Positions 48,300 to 60,212 of a stretch of 64,000 bases of DNA are shown here, in pieces (position 1 is the first letter of the stretch; the number at the start of each line of letters is the position of its first letter). The notes under the pieces are model-generated. The model had not been told where the DNA came from. It made no database searches and saw nothing but the letters and a program-made list of their open reading frames with translations. The DNA is from Azolla caroliniana (taxonomy: Eukaryota > Plantae > Polypodiophyta). The DNA is taken from NCBI GenBank assembly GCA_043228905.1, contig JBHGNT010000009.1, positions 14,446,001-14,510,000 of the forward strand, given 5' to 3'. Made by a program: the position numbers and the translations under genes.

Positions 48300-49745
48300 A
48301 TTGATGCCAAAAAGATTATAGGTTATGGTTCTCTTTCACATATGTCTCCGTTCTTTACAATTAAATTTGTATTCATAGGGTTTACGAAATTGGCCTCCCA
48401 AAGGCAAGAGATCTTCAATGTTATAAAAGAGAAAAGCAAAAATGGATGAAAAAGGAAGCATGTGCACATATAGGTGATATGTTTAATCATGCAATGGAAC
48501 ATGGCATGCCCTACGATTCGACTATAAATATGATGAAATCATTACATAAAGGTGAAGATGTAAATAATGTAAACAATTATCGAACCATCATAGTCGACCT
48601 ATTAATGGAAATAATATTTGGATGTATAATTAAATCAAAGGTGAGTGCATGGGATGAAAGAAAATGGTAAGAACGTTTAAGGGCAAGCTAGCTTTTGAAA
48701 ACACTATAGTGCCATTGATCACCTTGTCACCCTTCGAGTGTCAATCGAAGAAAGTCGTGTGAGAGATAATGGTTTATATTGCTACTTTGTAAACTTCAAG
48801 AAAGCTTTTGATATGGCACCTCATGAGCATCTTTGGAGGCGAATGGAAGAACTAAGGGTGCCAATCAATATACGCTTCTAGTTTCCCAAATCTATAAGAA
48901 TGTTATCTATTGTGTGCATATTGGTGATGAAATTTTAGGTTTTTTTAAGAGCACTATTGGTGTTAAGCAAGGATGCCCACTCTCACCAACTCTATTTGTT
49001 CTATGCATTGATGAATTAGAACAAATTATTACCAAATTTGTAAAGGAAGAAAGCGTTAAAGATGTTGCCATTAGAATGTAATAATCATGTTTTTGTTGTA
49101 TGCGGATGATGTAGTGCTTTTTGTAAATATTGTAGGAAATGTGCAAAAGCTTATTACGGCATTGGAAGAATTTTGCATGCATACTAATTTAAGTGTCAAC
49201 TACTTTATAACAAAGATTATGCTTGTGAAAAACCAAAAACAAGGTATACCATGCATTATGTACAAATATCATGGCCTTGGAGCTCCTTCAAATCATAGAT
49301 GAAATGAATGTGCTACCCACCACTTAGATGCGGGAAAGCGAGCCTATTATGCATTTGAGAACACATGCAATCATAGAGAAATTAAGTGTTGGGTCCTCAA
49401 CAAATACCTTTTAGACACTTTGGTGATACTACAATGCGACTTAGCTTAGACACTACAATGTGAAACGAGGCATTAGGGGTACAAGTGATGGGAAATCGAT
49501 CATGCGCACTTTGCCCCAAATAAGTTCAGGTGTCTGAGTATCACACTTTGATACAATGTTCTACCTTTGTCTACCTTCATCTAAGTTTTTCACAAACATC
49601 TTCGACCAAACCCAATCTTTAGAAAAATTTCTTTCACAATTACAACGTGCACTCTCAATTGAGATATTTATTAGTAAAGTTCTTAAACATCGAAAGTTCC
49701 TAGTCACTTTCACATGTAATACATGGAAATGTTATATGTTTGGTC
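48300..49745 (+). mobile_element. Degraded RTE/RTEX-like LINE (RT plus deleted C-terminus)
   Basis: KGEDVNNVNNYRTI, AIDHLVTLRV, FVNFKKAFD, GVKQGCPLSPTLF, LLYADDVVL; a diverged 3'-end copy at ~49435-49745. Confidence 0.8.
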
Positions 49746-50412
49746 TTTAACCATTTTTTGTGTTCCGGTTGGATGCAAGATATAGAAAAATGGTTTGGTA
49801 GGTGGGATGTGAGACACTTGCTTCATGATGCATCATTAGATTCCTCTGTAAATGAGGCATTTTTGCAACGCCAATGTATCATGACATGGGACAAATGTGG
49901 AGGCTCACGCTTCACACATTATACTACACATGTTGCACCTAACTACAAAACCATATTCTTTGCAAAACGGGGAAATCGTACACATCCATACATGTTAGAG
50001 CCCACACCGTTATCTGCCATTCAAACCATTGCTTCCATGCGACTTAGCTCACATGCATTGCGATGTGAAACAGGGCGTTGGGGCACAAGTGATGAGAGTG
50101 GTCGGCTATGCACACTTTGCCCTAAACAAGTTTACGAGTCTGAGTATCACACTTTGATACAATGCTCTGCCTTTGATCATATTCGACCATGCTTTCCACA
50201 TCTCTTCGATCGAGCCCAATCTTTGCATGAATTCCTCTCACAACCACAATGTGCACTCTCAATTGCAACATTCATTGGTAAAGTTCTTGAACATCGAGAG
50301 TCACTACTTACTTTCACACGTATCACGTGAAATGTAATATTTTTGGTCTCATAGGTCATATTTGACCTCCGAAGACAATAATATAATCTATCTATCTATC
50401 TATCTATCTATC
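49746..50412 (+). mobile_element. Younger 5'-truncated copy of the same LINE 3' end with (TCTA)n tail
   Basis: Open frame to 50330: RLSSHALRCETGRW..RLCTLCPKQVYESEYHTLIQC; short 3' UTR, then (TCTA)n at ~50387-50412. Confidence 0.8.
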
Positions 50413-50416
50413 TTCC

Positions 50417-50450
<34 letters not shown>

Positions 50451-51233
50451 AAACTTGACGACTTAGATCCATGGGTCAATAGTGGCCTCTCTATGGACAC
50501 TAAAAAATATCTAATCTCGAGGGGACAATTGTATGGTTTCATGATATCTGTATAGTCCATAAACCCCAAATTACCCCTAAACATGAAAATCTACCACATT
50601 ATATGAACCTATTTTTCCTCACATTGATTGGGATCAAATTGCCTTCATCTATCATTAGATCCTTGGGTCAACCAACACCTTTTTTCGAAAATTAGAGCAA
50701 GAGTTTGAGGAATTTTACATTATCGAATAAATATCTCAAATGTATATAATATTTTAAAGATATAATAGGAACTTTTTGATTGAAATGGTAGTGATGAGCA
50801 TTTCTTGATATCTATATATAAGTGATGGAAATATATTGAGCGCTTGTGCTTTCCTAAAATATACGTGTTCCTTAACTTAAAGGTGGACAAATTGTTTTAC
50901 AGATATAGAAGTGATAAACATAGTTAACATGTTACTACTGAACATTAACGTTGATGATTTGGGGCGATGAGTCTAGGTAGCACAAGAGGTTCAATTCTAA
51001 ATTTCAATATTCCAAACACCTTAATGTGGACGAGGTGGGGTGATGGGTCCAAGTAGCACCAGATGTTCAAATCTAAATTTCGATATTCCATGCCGTTGTT
51101 TCTATCTAATGTAAACCAAATTTCACAATAACTTTAGTGGATTAAATTAGGCCTAGAGTTATCCATGACCATTTGATCAATCACCTTCATAAAAACATGG
51201 GCAAAAAGTTCAAAAAACTCCATGTATGGCATC

Positions 51234-51485
51234 ACATTAGCTCCATTAAGGCATGATAAATGTTTATCATATATCTCATTAGCTCCATTAAGGCATGATA
51301 AATGTTTATCATATACCTCATTAGCTCCATTAAGGCATTATAAATATCTATTTTTTGATTAGCTTCATTAAGGCATGATAAATATCTATTTTTTGATTAG
51401 CTTCATTAAGGCATGATAATAAATGTGTATCATCTAAATACAACATTGTCATTACATAGGCTCCATTAAGGCATGATAATAAAGA
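51234..51485. repeat. 38-42-bp minisatellite x6 (ATTAGCTCCATTAAGGCATGATAAAT..)
   Basis: Six diverged units; the first two contain the palindrome ATGATAAA-TG-TTTATCAT. Confidence 0.85.
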
Positions 51486-52286
51486 TGTATAATTGGGACT
51501 GCAAAAGTTGAATGTATAAAAAGGAGGAATTTGCAACCACATAAGATTCAACACACAACATTTTTTCAAGGAAGCTTGAGGGTGCCACCCGTTTTTACCA
51601 TGTTTCCAGTGGATGTCTTCCTTGACCATAAGTTATAATTAGATGCCTTGATTGATTCATAGCGATTGCATACTAGGTTTATGCAAGAAGCTCCATATGC
51701 TACAAGTGATTGAAAATGTCTCATAACATTACATTAACTCTTGCCAAGCAAGTGTTGTAATAAATAATGGTCTTGGCCTTTGCTTTTTTGCCTTTGCCTT
51801 GTTAAGTACAGACACATATGTGCCACACATAATACACATCCACATGCCTACCACAATCAATAATTCATTCATATATATGTATATATATAACACCTTTTTA
51901 AGCATGTTAGCAATCAATGAGAAAATTCCACACTTAATAATGGAATACCAATTATGATGCTACAGCATTGGCAAACATTAACGCATTAGACTAGTTATGA
52001 AGTCACATGAATGCTGAAATGTAATTGTAATGGTTTGATGAAATGATCATTTGAGAGCCCACCCAAAATTGAATGGCCATGGTGTGTGGTGTGTGTGTGT
52101 GTGTGTGTATGTGTATTGATTGAGTGATTGATTAGGGAGAGAATCGGTGGATCCTTTTTCCGGTTTATCGGCCGGCCGGTCGGTCGGTCCGACACGGAAT
52201 TGTGAGTGTGGAACGATTCAAGAACGTTGAATCTCAAATTTGAGTTCAAAAAAAGAATGGATCCGTTTGTAGGTTTAAATGTACTC

Positions 52287-52326
<40 letters not shown>

Positions 52327-55300
52327 GTTGATTTGATTATTGTAGCTGAACAAGACAGCCGCAGAATTAAAAAGGGTGATTGGACAGAGAGAGAGAGAGA
52401 GAGAGGGGGGGGAGAGAGATTGGGGACGTTTTTGGGCATTCGGGAATATAGTTTTGAAAAAGGAGGAAGAGGTAACCGTCAAGAAAAGAGAGAATTTAAT
52501 TAGTAGTAAGTTAGTAAAGGAAGGAGGGGAGAGGAGTACAAAGAAAACGCAGAAAGAGAGACTCGCTTCTAAAAGGATAAAATAAAAGAAGAAGAAGAAG
52601 TTTAGAATGTGTATGCATCATCTATCACTTCCCATGATTCCCAACAACAATAATGCGTTCTTCTTCTCTTCGCCTTTTCATAAAATTGGGTTCCATACAT
52701 ACATACATACATACATACATAATGCTGCAGTTCTGCTAGCTGTATATTTCAGTCGGTGTATGTATGTATACATTATACCTACAGACAGCACAATTAAAAA
52801 TACACACGTTTCATAATAGCTATGTAAATTATAACTGAGTTTCTGTAAATTTAACACCACTATTTATTACGTATAAATACGTAAGAGCTGTGTATTATAT
52901 ATATACATGTGAAGTACAGTAGTCATTACAACACTATGCAAATCCAAACAATGTTGAGAATTGAGATTGGAATGTAAAGGTAAAGCAGAGCAGATAGTAG
53001 ACTCTTGAGTCTTGTGGTAGTAATGTGGAATGAATGAATGAATGAATGGTGGTGAGAATTGAATGCTGTAATAACCTCCTCTTTCCCTCCCTCTCTCTAC
53101 ATCAATCAAATTTTACATAGATTTTGTATACAATAATTAATAGTGGTAACAACAGTATGTATGTGTGTTGTGTGGAGAAGGGGGAGCATGCATGCATGCA
53201 TGTGGGGCGCATTAATCGAAGTATTTATAGAATTCAATAATTGATTAATTGCTCTCCAAAATTCTCTGGCCAATCAAACCCATATGGCACAATTAATTCT
53301 TTCGTTCTTCTCTTAATGACTCTGTGTGTGTGTATGTGTGTGTGTGTGTGTGTGCGCGCGCGCAGAGAGGCAGGCACCGTTTAATTCCATTTCATGGAAG
53401 TTGCATATTTTCCAATTTAATTTTTCTCGCCTCGCTTTGCTTTTGGAGAACCCTTTTTTGGTTTCTTTTTCTTTTTCTTTTTCACTTTGACGTACCGAAT
53501 GTTACTATTATTTATTTATTTTGCGGGGCAGGCATTCATGCATATGTATATGTATGCAATGACTAATGGAAGGAGGTTTTTTTTGGGGAATATATATATA
53601 TATATATAATGTCCCTTCCTTTGTTCCGTTCAACCCCCCACAAACATTCAAAATTTGGAAGGAATTTCATTGTCGGCGCAGCACATTTTCACGAATCAAG
53701 TAATGGGTTGATCAAATTGATTAATGAATGAATTAATGGGGGATTGGGTGCTGTCTGGGTGTGTGGTAATTAGGTAGACAGATGGGAGATGACTTTTTTT
53801 TGGTGGAGAGGAGGGGTGGAGGACATCTCAAAGGTTGGCATAACTTGGAAATGTATAGCCAATAGGGTGTGTTTAGGGTTTAGGGTAACTTGTCTCCAAT
53901 ACCACTCTTAAAACTTACCAAAGTAAGCTCCATAAAAAGGTAGGCAATATACAAAATTCCATAAAATTAAAGTTAATATACATACATATCACCTTCCCTT
54001 GCTTGCCTATCTTGGAAACAATTAATTAGGTGAACGTAGATGGCATACCAAGGGAGTCTATGGTAGAGATGTAGAGATGGTATTGACTTGTCCACGTTCT
54101 CTTAATCTAAATATCTGACTTGTTGGCTCTTTGTTTATTAGCAATGCCTTTAATAAGTTAGTGGTATGTTTTACCTTCCTACTAAACCCAGGATTTTACA
54201 TGCACACTAGAACGATTAGAAATATGCTATTTGCTTATTATAGACCTAGCATCAAACAATTTCTTAATATTTGTGCTAGCTTGATACCTCAAAGTTGCAT
54301 TCCATGAGATTTATTATCACATATTCGTTTTTACATGTTTTAAGCTTGACTATTTTACTACGATTAACATTGTGCATCTACGATCAATAAGTTGCTAGAT
54401 GAAATTAGCAAGGATATCTTAACCATTGTCTTGCATGATGTATACAAGCAATGGATTTTTACATATCTCTACTTTAGCATGTAATGATTATCGAGAAAAT
54501 TTGCTTTTTCTTTTATGTTAGGATATACATTACAAGATTATACCATGGTGTTGTGCTAAGAGTTATCATCAAAAGTGTAGAAGAGTCTTCGTCAAGGCAT
54601 CATTGTGCAATATAAGATGAGGAGAGTCAATTGAACATGGGTATAAACAATTATGACCCCTCTTGGTAAGGCAACAATTTATTTGCATTATTCACTCTGT
54701 GATTAGAACGGAACGTGGTGACTAAAGCTATAGTTTACATTATTTAGTAGTTTTCTTGTCCTAAAATAAATGGTGCTACTTTCGTATTAATTTGTACAAT
54801 TCTTAAGGCTTTTATATTCGTCTCGTATGTCGCCTACAACACATTTTGAGCTTGACAACATATCACAGTTTACATTAGAATTCTAGTGGAATAAAGTAAA
54901 ATTTCATAAGAGCCTCCAAATTGTTAATTTTTGGCCCAAGCAAGACATACCCACCCTACCATGCTTTCACCTAATACATAATAGAAAAGGAAGAGGAACG
55001 ACACAATGACGAAAACCTTCACAACCCTTGTGTGTTTGTCCATCCACCTCATCACATCCGGGCTTGTACACAAAATAAAATCATCAAACTTAGTAAATAA
55101 ATGAATCATTGGTCAACACGAGCAAACTCGCACAATGCTTTGGGCCCTCTCCACAACCTTCTTGGGAATGATTTGATGTGTGGGCAAAAAGAGCCTATAA
55201 CTAGAGTTGGCCACATTCGTAGAAATTTCCAAAGCCATAGAGGCCACTTACTAGAAATAGAGGAAGGGCTCACATATCATTCCATATATTGCCAAGCCCA

Positions 55301-56422
55301 TCATTGGCAATAAGAATGATAATGAAGTAACTAGCCAAGTCTTGAGAAAAACAATAGGATGCCATGACACATAATACCTTTTAGATAAGGGCAACTATTG
55401 AAGAAATCCATGATTCACATACATAAGAAACACTACCCATGATCAGGAAATGTTCAATAGCCAACAAGCAAGTGTCATCAAATTCTTGGTTGCCGAGATC
55501 TTCTTAGATTTCGTCGTGGCTTCTCGCAATAGACAAGCCAATCACTATGATTGCCATAGAAGGTCACTTGGCATTCCTTGGGAAGTTCGGGGTTTGTCGC
55601 AAGAGCTTAGTTGTTATTTTGTTTTGTCCCAAATACAATGTGGGCAAACGGACCACCACCTTTGCGAATGAAAACATTTTGGAGGTTTTAAAGTTACAAA
55701 TTCTTATATTCTTTAGGGAATATGTGTAACTACAACCAAACATATATAAAACGATTTAAATTTAATGGGAGAGGATGAACGCGACGGTTATCGGTGTCCC
55801 ATGAGCCCCCCCACCCCCCCCACAAATCTTGGGAGTCCTATACATAGTATGATATGTATGTATGAATACGTAAGAGGATGGCTTTTCTTTCAAACTACAA
55901 AGTAGTACGCAATAAATATACGTATGCAACTACATACATACATATTGATAGGCTTTCACGCAAACTTTAAAAAACCCGTGTTTTGTTTTTATTAATCACA
56001 TTAGGCCATCGTCAAATTCCAATAATTCCTTACAGTTTGTTAACAACTAACTCCAGCATGGGCTTCTTCAATCCAATGTTTTCGAATGTTTTGGGGAGAG
56101 AGAGAGTAAGCCTCTCTCTTTCTTCTCTAACCCCCAAAACAAAATGGTAGCGAGATCATGACTCGCTTTCTTTTTGCTCACGCTTTCGGACAAATTCTGT
56201 TTCCAATTTTAAATGTAGCTTCAATGATTTCTTTCTTTCTTTATTTACTTATTTTCTTCCTGGGTTATTTTCGTATTCTTCTCATTCACATTGTTGAACT
56301 ATTAATAATATTCTTCTTCTTATTTTTATTTACCGTGTCATCCATCATCCATCCCCTTCAAAGCTCTTCAACATAAACACACGCATATCCAGAGTAAAGT
56401 GCAAGAATGCAATTCATACTCA

Positions 56423-56425
56423 CAC

Positions 56426-56510
<85 letters not shown>

Positions 56511-56515
56511 TACAT
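56423..56515. repeat. (CATACA)n hexanucleotide microsatellite
   Basis: About 15 units seen directly. Confidence 0.95.
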
Positions 56516-57330
56516 ATTATTATAGGATATAACACATAATACGCACAACACACACACACACACAGAGCCGAGCTAGCGAGTAGTAGACTGTAGTACATAT
56601 ATAACTAACTTCTTCTCCCTAGCTCAATTCAAGAAATAGGCGAGACCAAAATTGGAATGGGCGGATCAAAGGATTTGGCATCCGAGGCGTGCAATTAAAT
56701 GTGTTAGAAGAAAATAAAAAAAAGGGAAGGAGGGGTGTCGATCACATCCTTCCATAATTTCCACTGGCTTTTAATTCTCATTCAATTTTGGATATACAGA
56801 ATTATCACAATGATTACGATGGGTGTGTGAACAGTAGTGAAGGTGAGTTTCGTCTACTACTACACAACCAGAAGGAGGGGGAGAGCTGGCTGGGTTCTCC
56901 GGATTCCGACAGACAGACACCAATTAATTAATTCCACTTTTCTAAATCACAGCGAAAAAAAAGGGGGAGAAAGAGAAATAGAACGAAAGAGATAAAATCT
57001 TTTTATTGGGGGAATCATATTTATATGCTTGAGAGTTGATCATTAATGAAGGAGAGGAAGGAGATGCAGATGTGGAGGGAGGGAGAGAAGAAGGGAGATT
57101 ACTATTGCTTACTGATAGATTAAATTAGGAGCAGGAGAATTCAATGCTTCCATCCAAACATTTCTAGGGGTCATGAGCAGCAAGCAGAGTGGCATAAAAG
57201 GAAGGCAGTGATCCCCCCCCCCCCCCCCCTCTTCCATTCCCCTCCCACATTAAATTCGAATAATTAAAACCCGAGCCCCAAAAATGAAATCTTTGCTTGA
57301 TTGAACGAATTAATGAATGAACGGGAGGCT

Positions 57331-57338
57331 TAAATGCA
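57331..57338 (+). promoter_or_regulatory. L1 box TAAATGCA (candidate HD-ZIP IV site)
   Basis: Exact match to TAAATG(C/T)A within a TAAT-rich island ~2.9 kb upstream of the ATG. Confidence 0.4.
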
Positions 57339-57579
57339 GAAGAAAGGAGGGGGGGGTAGTAAATGGCAATAGGCGATGGATTGATTAATGATCTCGTCTT
57401 CTTCTTGCTTGGGTTCGTTCACACATGATATGGGGGGTAGTGGTAGTTGTTCAGTCAACCTGAATCCATCCACTCAAAGCACACAACGAAAAACGATAAA
57501 TCAAAAGCAGAGTAAATTCCCTCTCAGAGATGAATCAATCAATGTGTTGGTGTAATCGGCAAAGGATAACGTGCGTGGG

Positions 57580-57624
<45 letters not shown>

Positions 57625-59560
57625 TCTGAGATTTGGGGTCCCCCCACCCTTCTCTCCCCGCAAAACCCCAAAAAAGACAAAAGGATTTGGAAAAGGGAAG
57701 GGTATATACTATAGTCTATGGATAATGGGATCCGAGGGCCCTGCAGCCTGTGTCCTGCCTGCTTAATCTTTTCCCGCGCAACCTCTTTCGTATCACATAA
57801 TAGAAGCCTCTCTCATTTCATATGTAACATACATATATGGTGGATGGACGGGTAGGTATGTCTTTAGATGGCCAGCCCATTGATAGGGCCGGAGAGTTGA
57901 GTGGACAGGTTCGCTTGTAGGAATTATGACCGTGTGTTTTTCAAACTCAAACTTATCCATCTTCTTGTATGTTTTTTGCATGTAGTAGTTCCTTCCAATT
58001 CTCGTGTTGGATGTAGTTTCCTTGGGCAAAGTGCGGTGGTCCGTAGCCCTAGCATAGCCCACCCCATAGTTTATCTTTCTTCGAATCCTTGTGCCCCTTC
58101 TCAACATCCCCAATGTTGTTCCCTTGACCAAACAAATTTGTGTAAGCATGTATGTTGTATTGACACCATCACGGTTCATGCTACTTCAAATAGAATGTCA
58201 TCGTAGTTCATCTTATGAGAATTTCCCTCGTTACGTCATCTTCAAACTTTTGAGTCCGATTGAATCAACTTTGCAAGTTTCATGTTAGTTCGATTTCATA
58301 AGGTAGGTCTCTAGGGCTAACCATATTATTAATTTTCTCAGATTACGAAATATTCACCCATAAATTTGAGTACCACAATGTATTTAAGGTCATGTTACTT
58401 TGATACCTTAATATCCTAGGGTTCATGGAGCATTGATCCCTTATCTTTGAACTCGGCACCACACGACACGCATAGTTTCTTTATGGACTTAAATTTACAT
58501 TAACCTCTTGTGAACTTATTCAACAATTGTCAACTAATTTTGAATGCCAGGATTTCAAGCATTGTGTGCTCATTGATTGATGTTCCAGAAAAGAGGGTGC
58601 ATATGCCACCTTTAGTCACTAAAATACGGGTCAAACTCGTAGGGTGGAGTGAGGGGAGGAGACCTTCAGAAATGAGACTGGGTGGGATAACACAAAAATA
58701 TTTGAATAATTATCTCAGCAATGGGTGGTACTTTCTCCATCGCGAAATACCATAACACGCTATGGAGAAACAAATATGTATGTGGTCTACCGTCTAAGTG
58801 GGAAGGAAAAGCTTCCCGAGCACTCAACTCGGGAGACCTTTGTCGTATGTCGTGTGGTTGTTTACAACGCGGCTTAGGGTGTACAGCACATACCCTTTTT
58901 TCCAAATGTGGAGAAATATAAGAAGGCTACATATATGTATGTATATATAATATATATATGTACATGGATGGATGGAAGAAACCGCAACACTATATATATA
59001 TATTATATGTATATATGTATATGCGTGTGACAAGCATTTTTTGCAAATAAACCTTATGGAACAAAAACGACGTGAAAAATAATAAATATGCGAAATGGCG
59101 ATGTTGGTTCAAAGGAAAAACGAAGGAATGAAAATAAAATAGAAATATAAGAACTTGAAATAAAAACAAAAGGAGGGCGGGAACCGGATTATTATTATTA
59201 TTACTAAAACACCACCTCAATAATAATCAATCACCCCACCACCCCATACATATTCATACATGTTACATACATACATACATATGTTCTATGTTGTTTGTGA
59301 TGTATGCGTTGCGGGATTCTTTCTCTTTTTATTCTAACCGTCTCTCTCTCTCTTTTAAAAAAAGCCCCCAAAAAACATTTCTTTACCAGCAAATGATTAT
59401 TCTTAATAATAAGTATTTTTTTCATTTTTTGAATATGCAACAAAAGCAACCTCTCTCTCTCTCTCTCTCTCTCTTTGTATATATTAAATATATATTTTAC
59501 ATCCGCCCCTCTACGACGACTCCCTCCTCAATTCCTTCTTCTTTCTTTCTTTCTCTCTTC

Positions 59561-59568
59561 TGCATTTA
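59561..59568 (-). promoter_or_regulatory. L1 box TAAATGCA in the proximal promoter
   Basis: TGCATTTA on the plus strand, ~650 bp upstream of the ATG, among (CT)n tracts. Confidence 0.45.
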
Positions 59569-59938
59569 TTAGGGGGGGGGTGCGCCACCACCCCCATTCA
59601 TTCATTCACATTCTACTTCTCTCTCTCTCTCTTTCTCTCTCCTTTTGTGTATGCAATCCATTCGCCACCATCATCATCATCATCATCATGATCATACCTC
59701 TATCTATCTATCTATCTATCTGTCTGTCTGTCTGTCGTTCGTAAGCAAAGCAACCCCCCCTCCCCGCGGTCGCCATCGCTGCGTGCGCGCGAGCGAGCTT
59801 GCATAAAAAAAAACACAGATCATCATTATCAAACCCTAATTTTTGCTGCCCACGCCCTCTCTGCTACTCACGCCTCTTTCTTACCCTTCCTTCCTTCCGC
59901 TTGCGTAATATATCTATCACCTTCACCTTACCCTCTCG

Positions 59939-60000
59939 CTACTACTATTATTATTATTATTACTACTACTACTACTACCACTACTACTACCACTACTACT
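59939..60000. repeat. Compound (TAC)n/(TAT)n trinucleotide repeat in the probable 5' leader
   Basis: Seen directly. Confidence 0.9.
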
Positions 60001-60212
60001 GACTCCATTGCCCTTGCCCTTGCCATATTTATTTATTACTGCTAGTTTCATTATCTGCCCCTGCAGAATTATTCATCTCCCACAACCACCTCCAATCCCT
60101 GCTTGTCCGTCCATTCGCCGCGTTTTTGTTGTTGTTGATCTCTGCGCACTCGCTTTTTATGGTACTGTTCTCGGCTGCTGCAGCTTCCGGTCCTTCCATA
60201 TCTACAGCCGCT

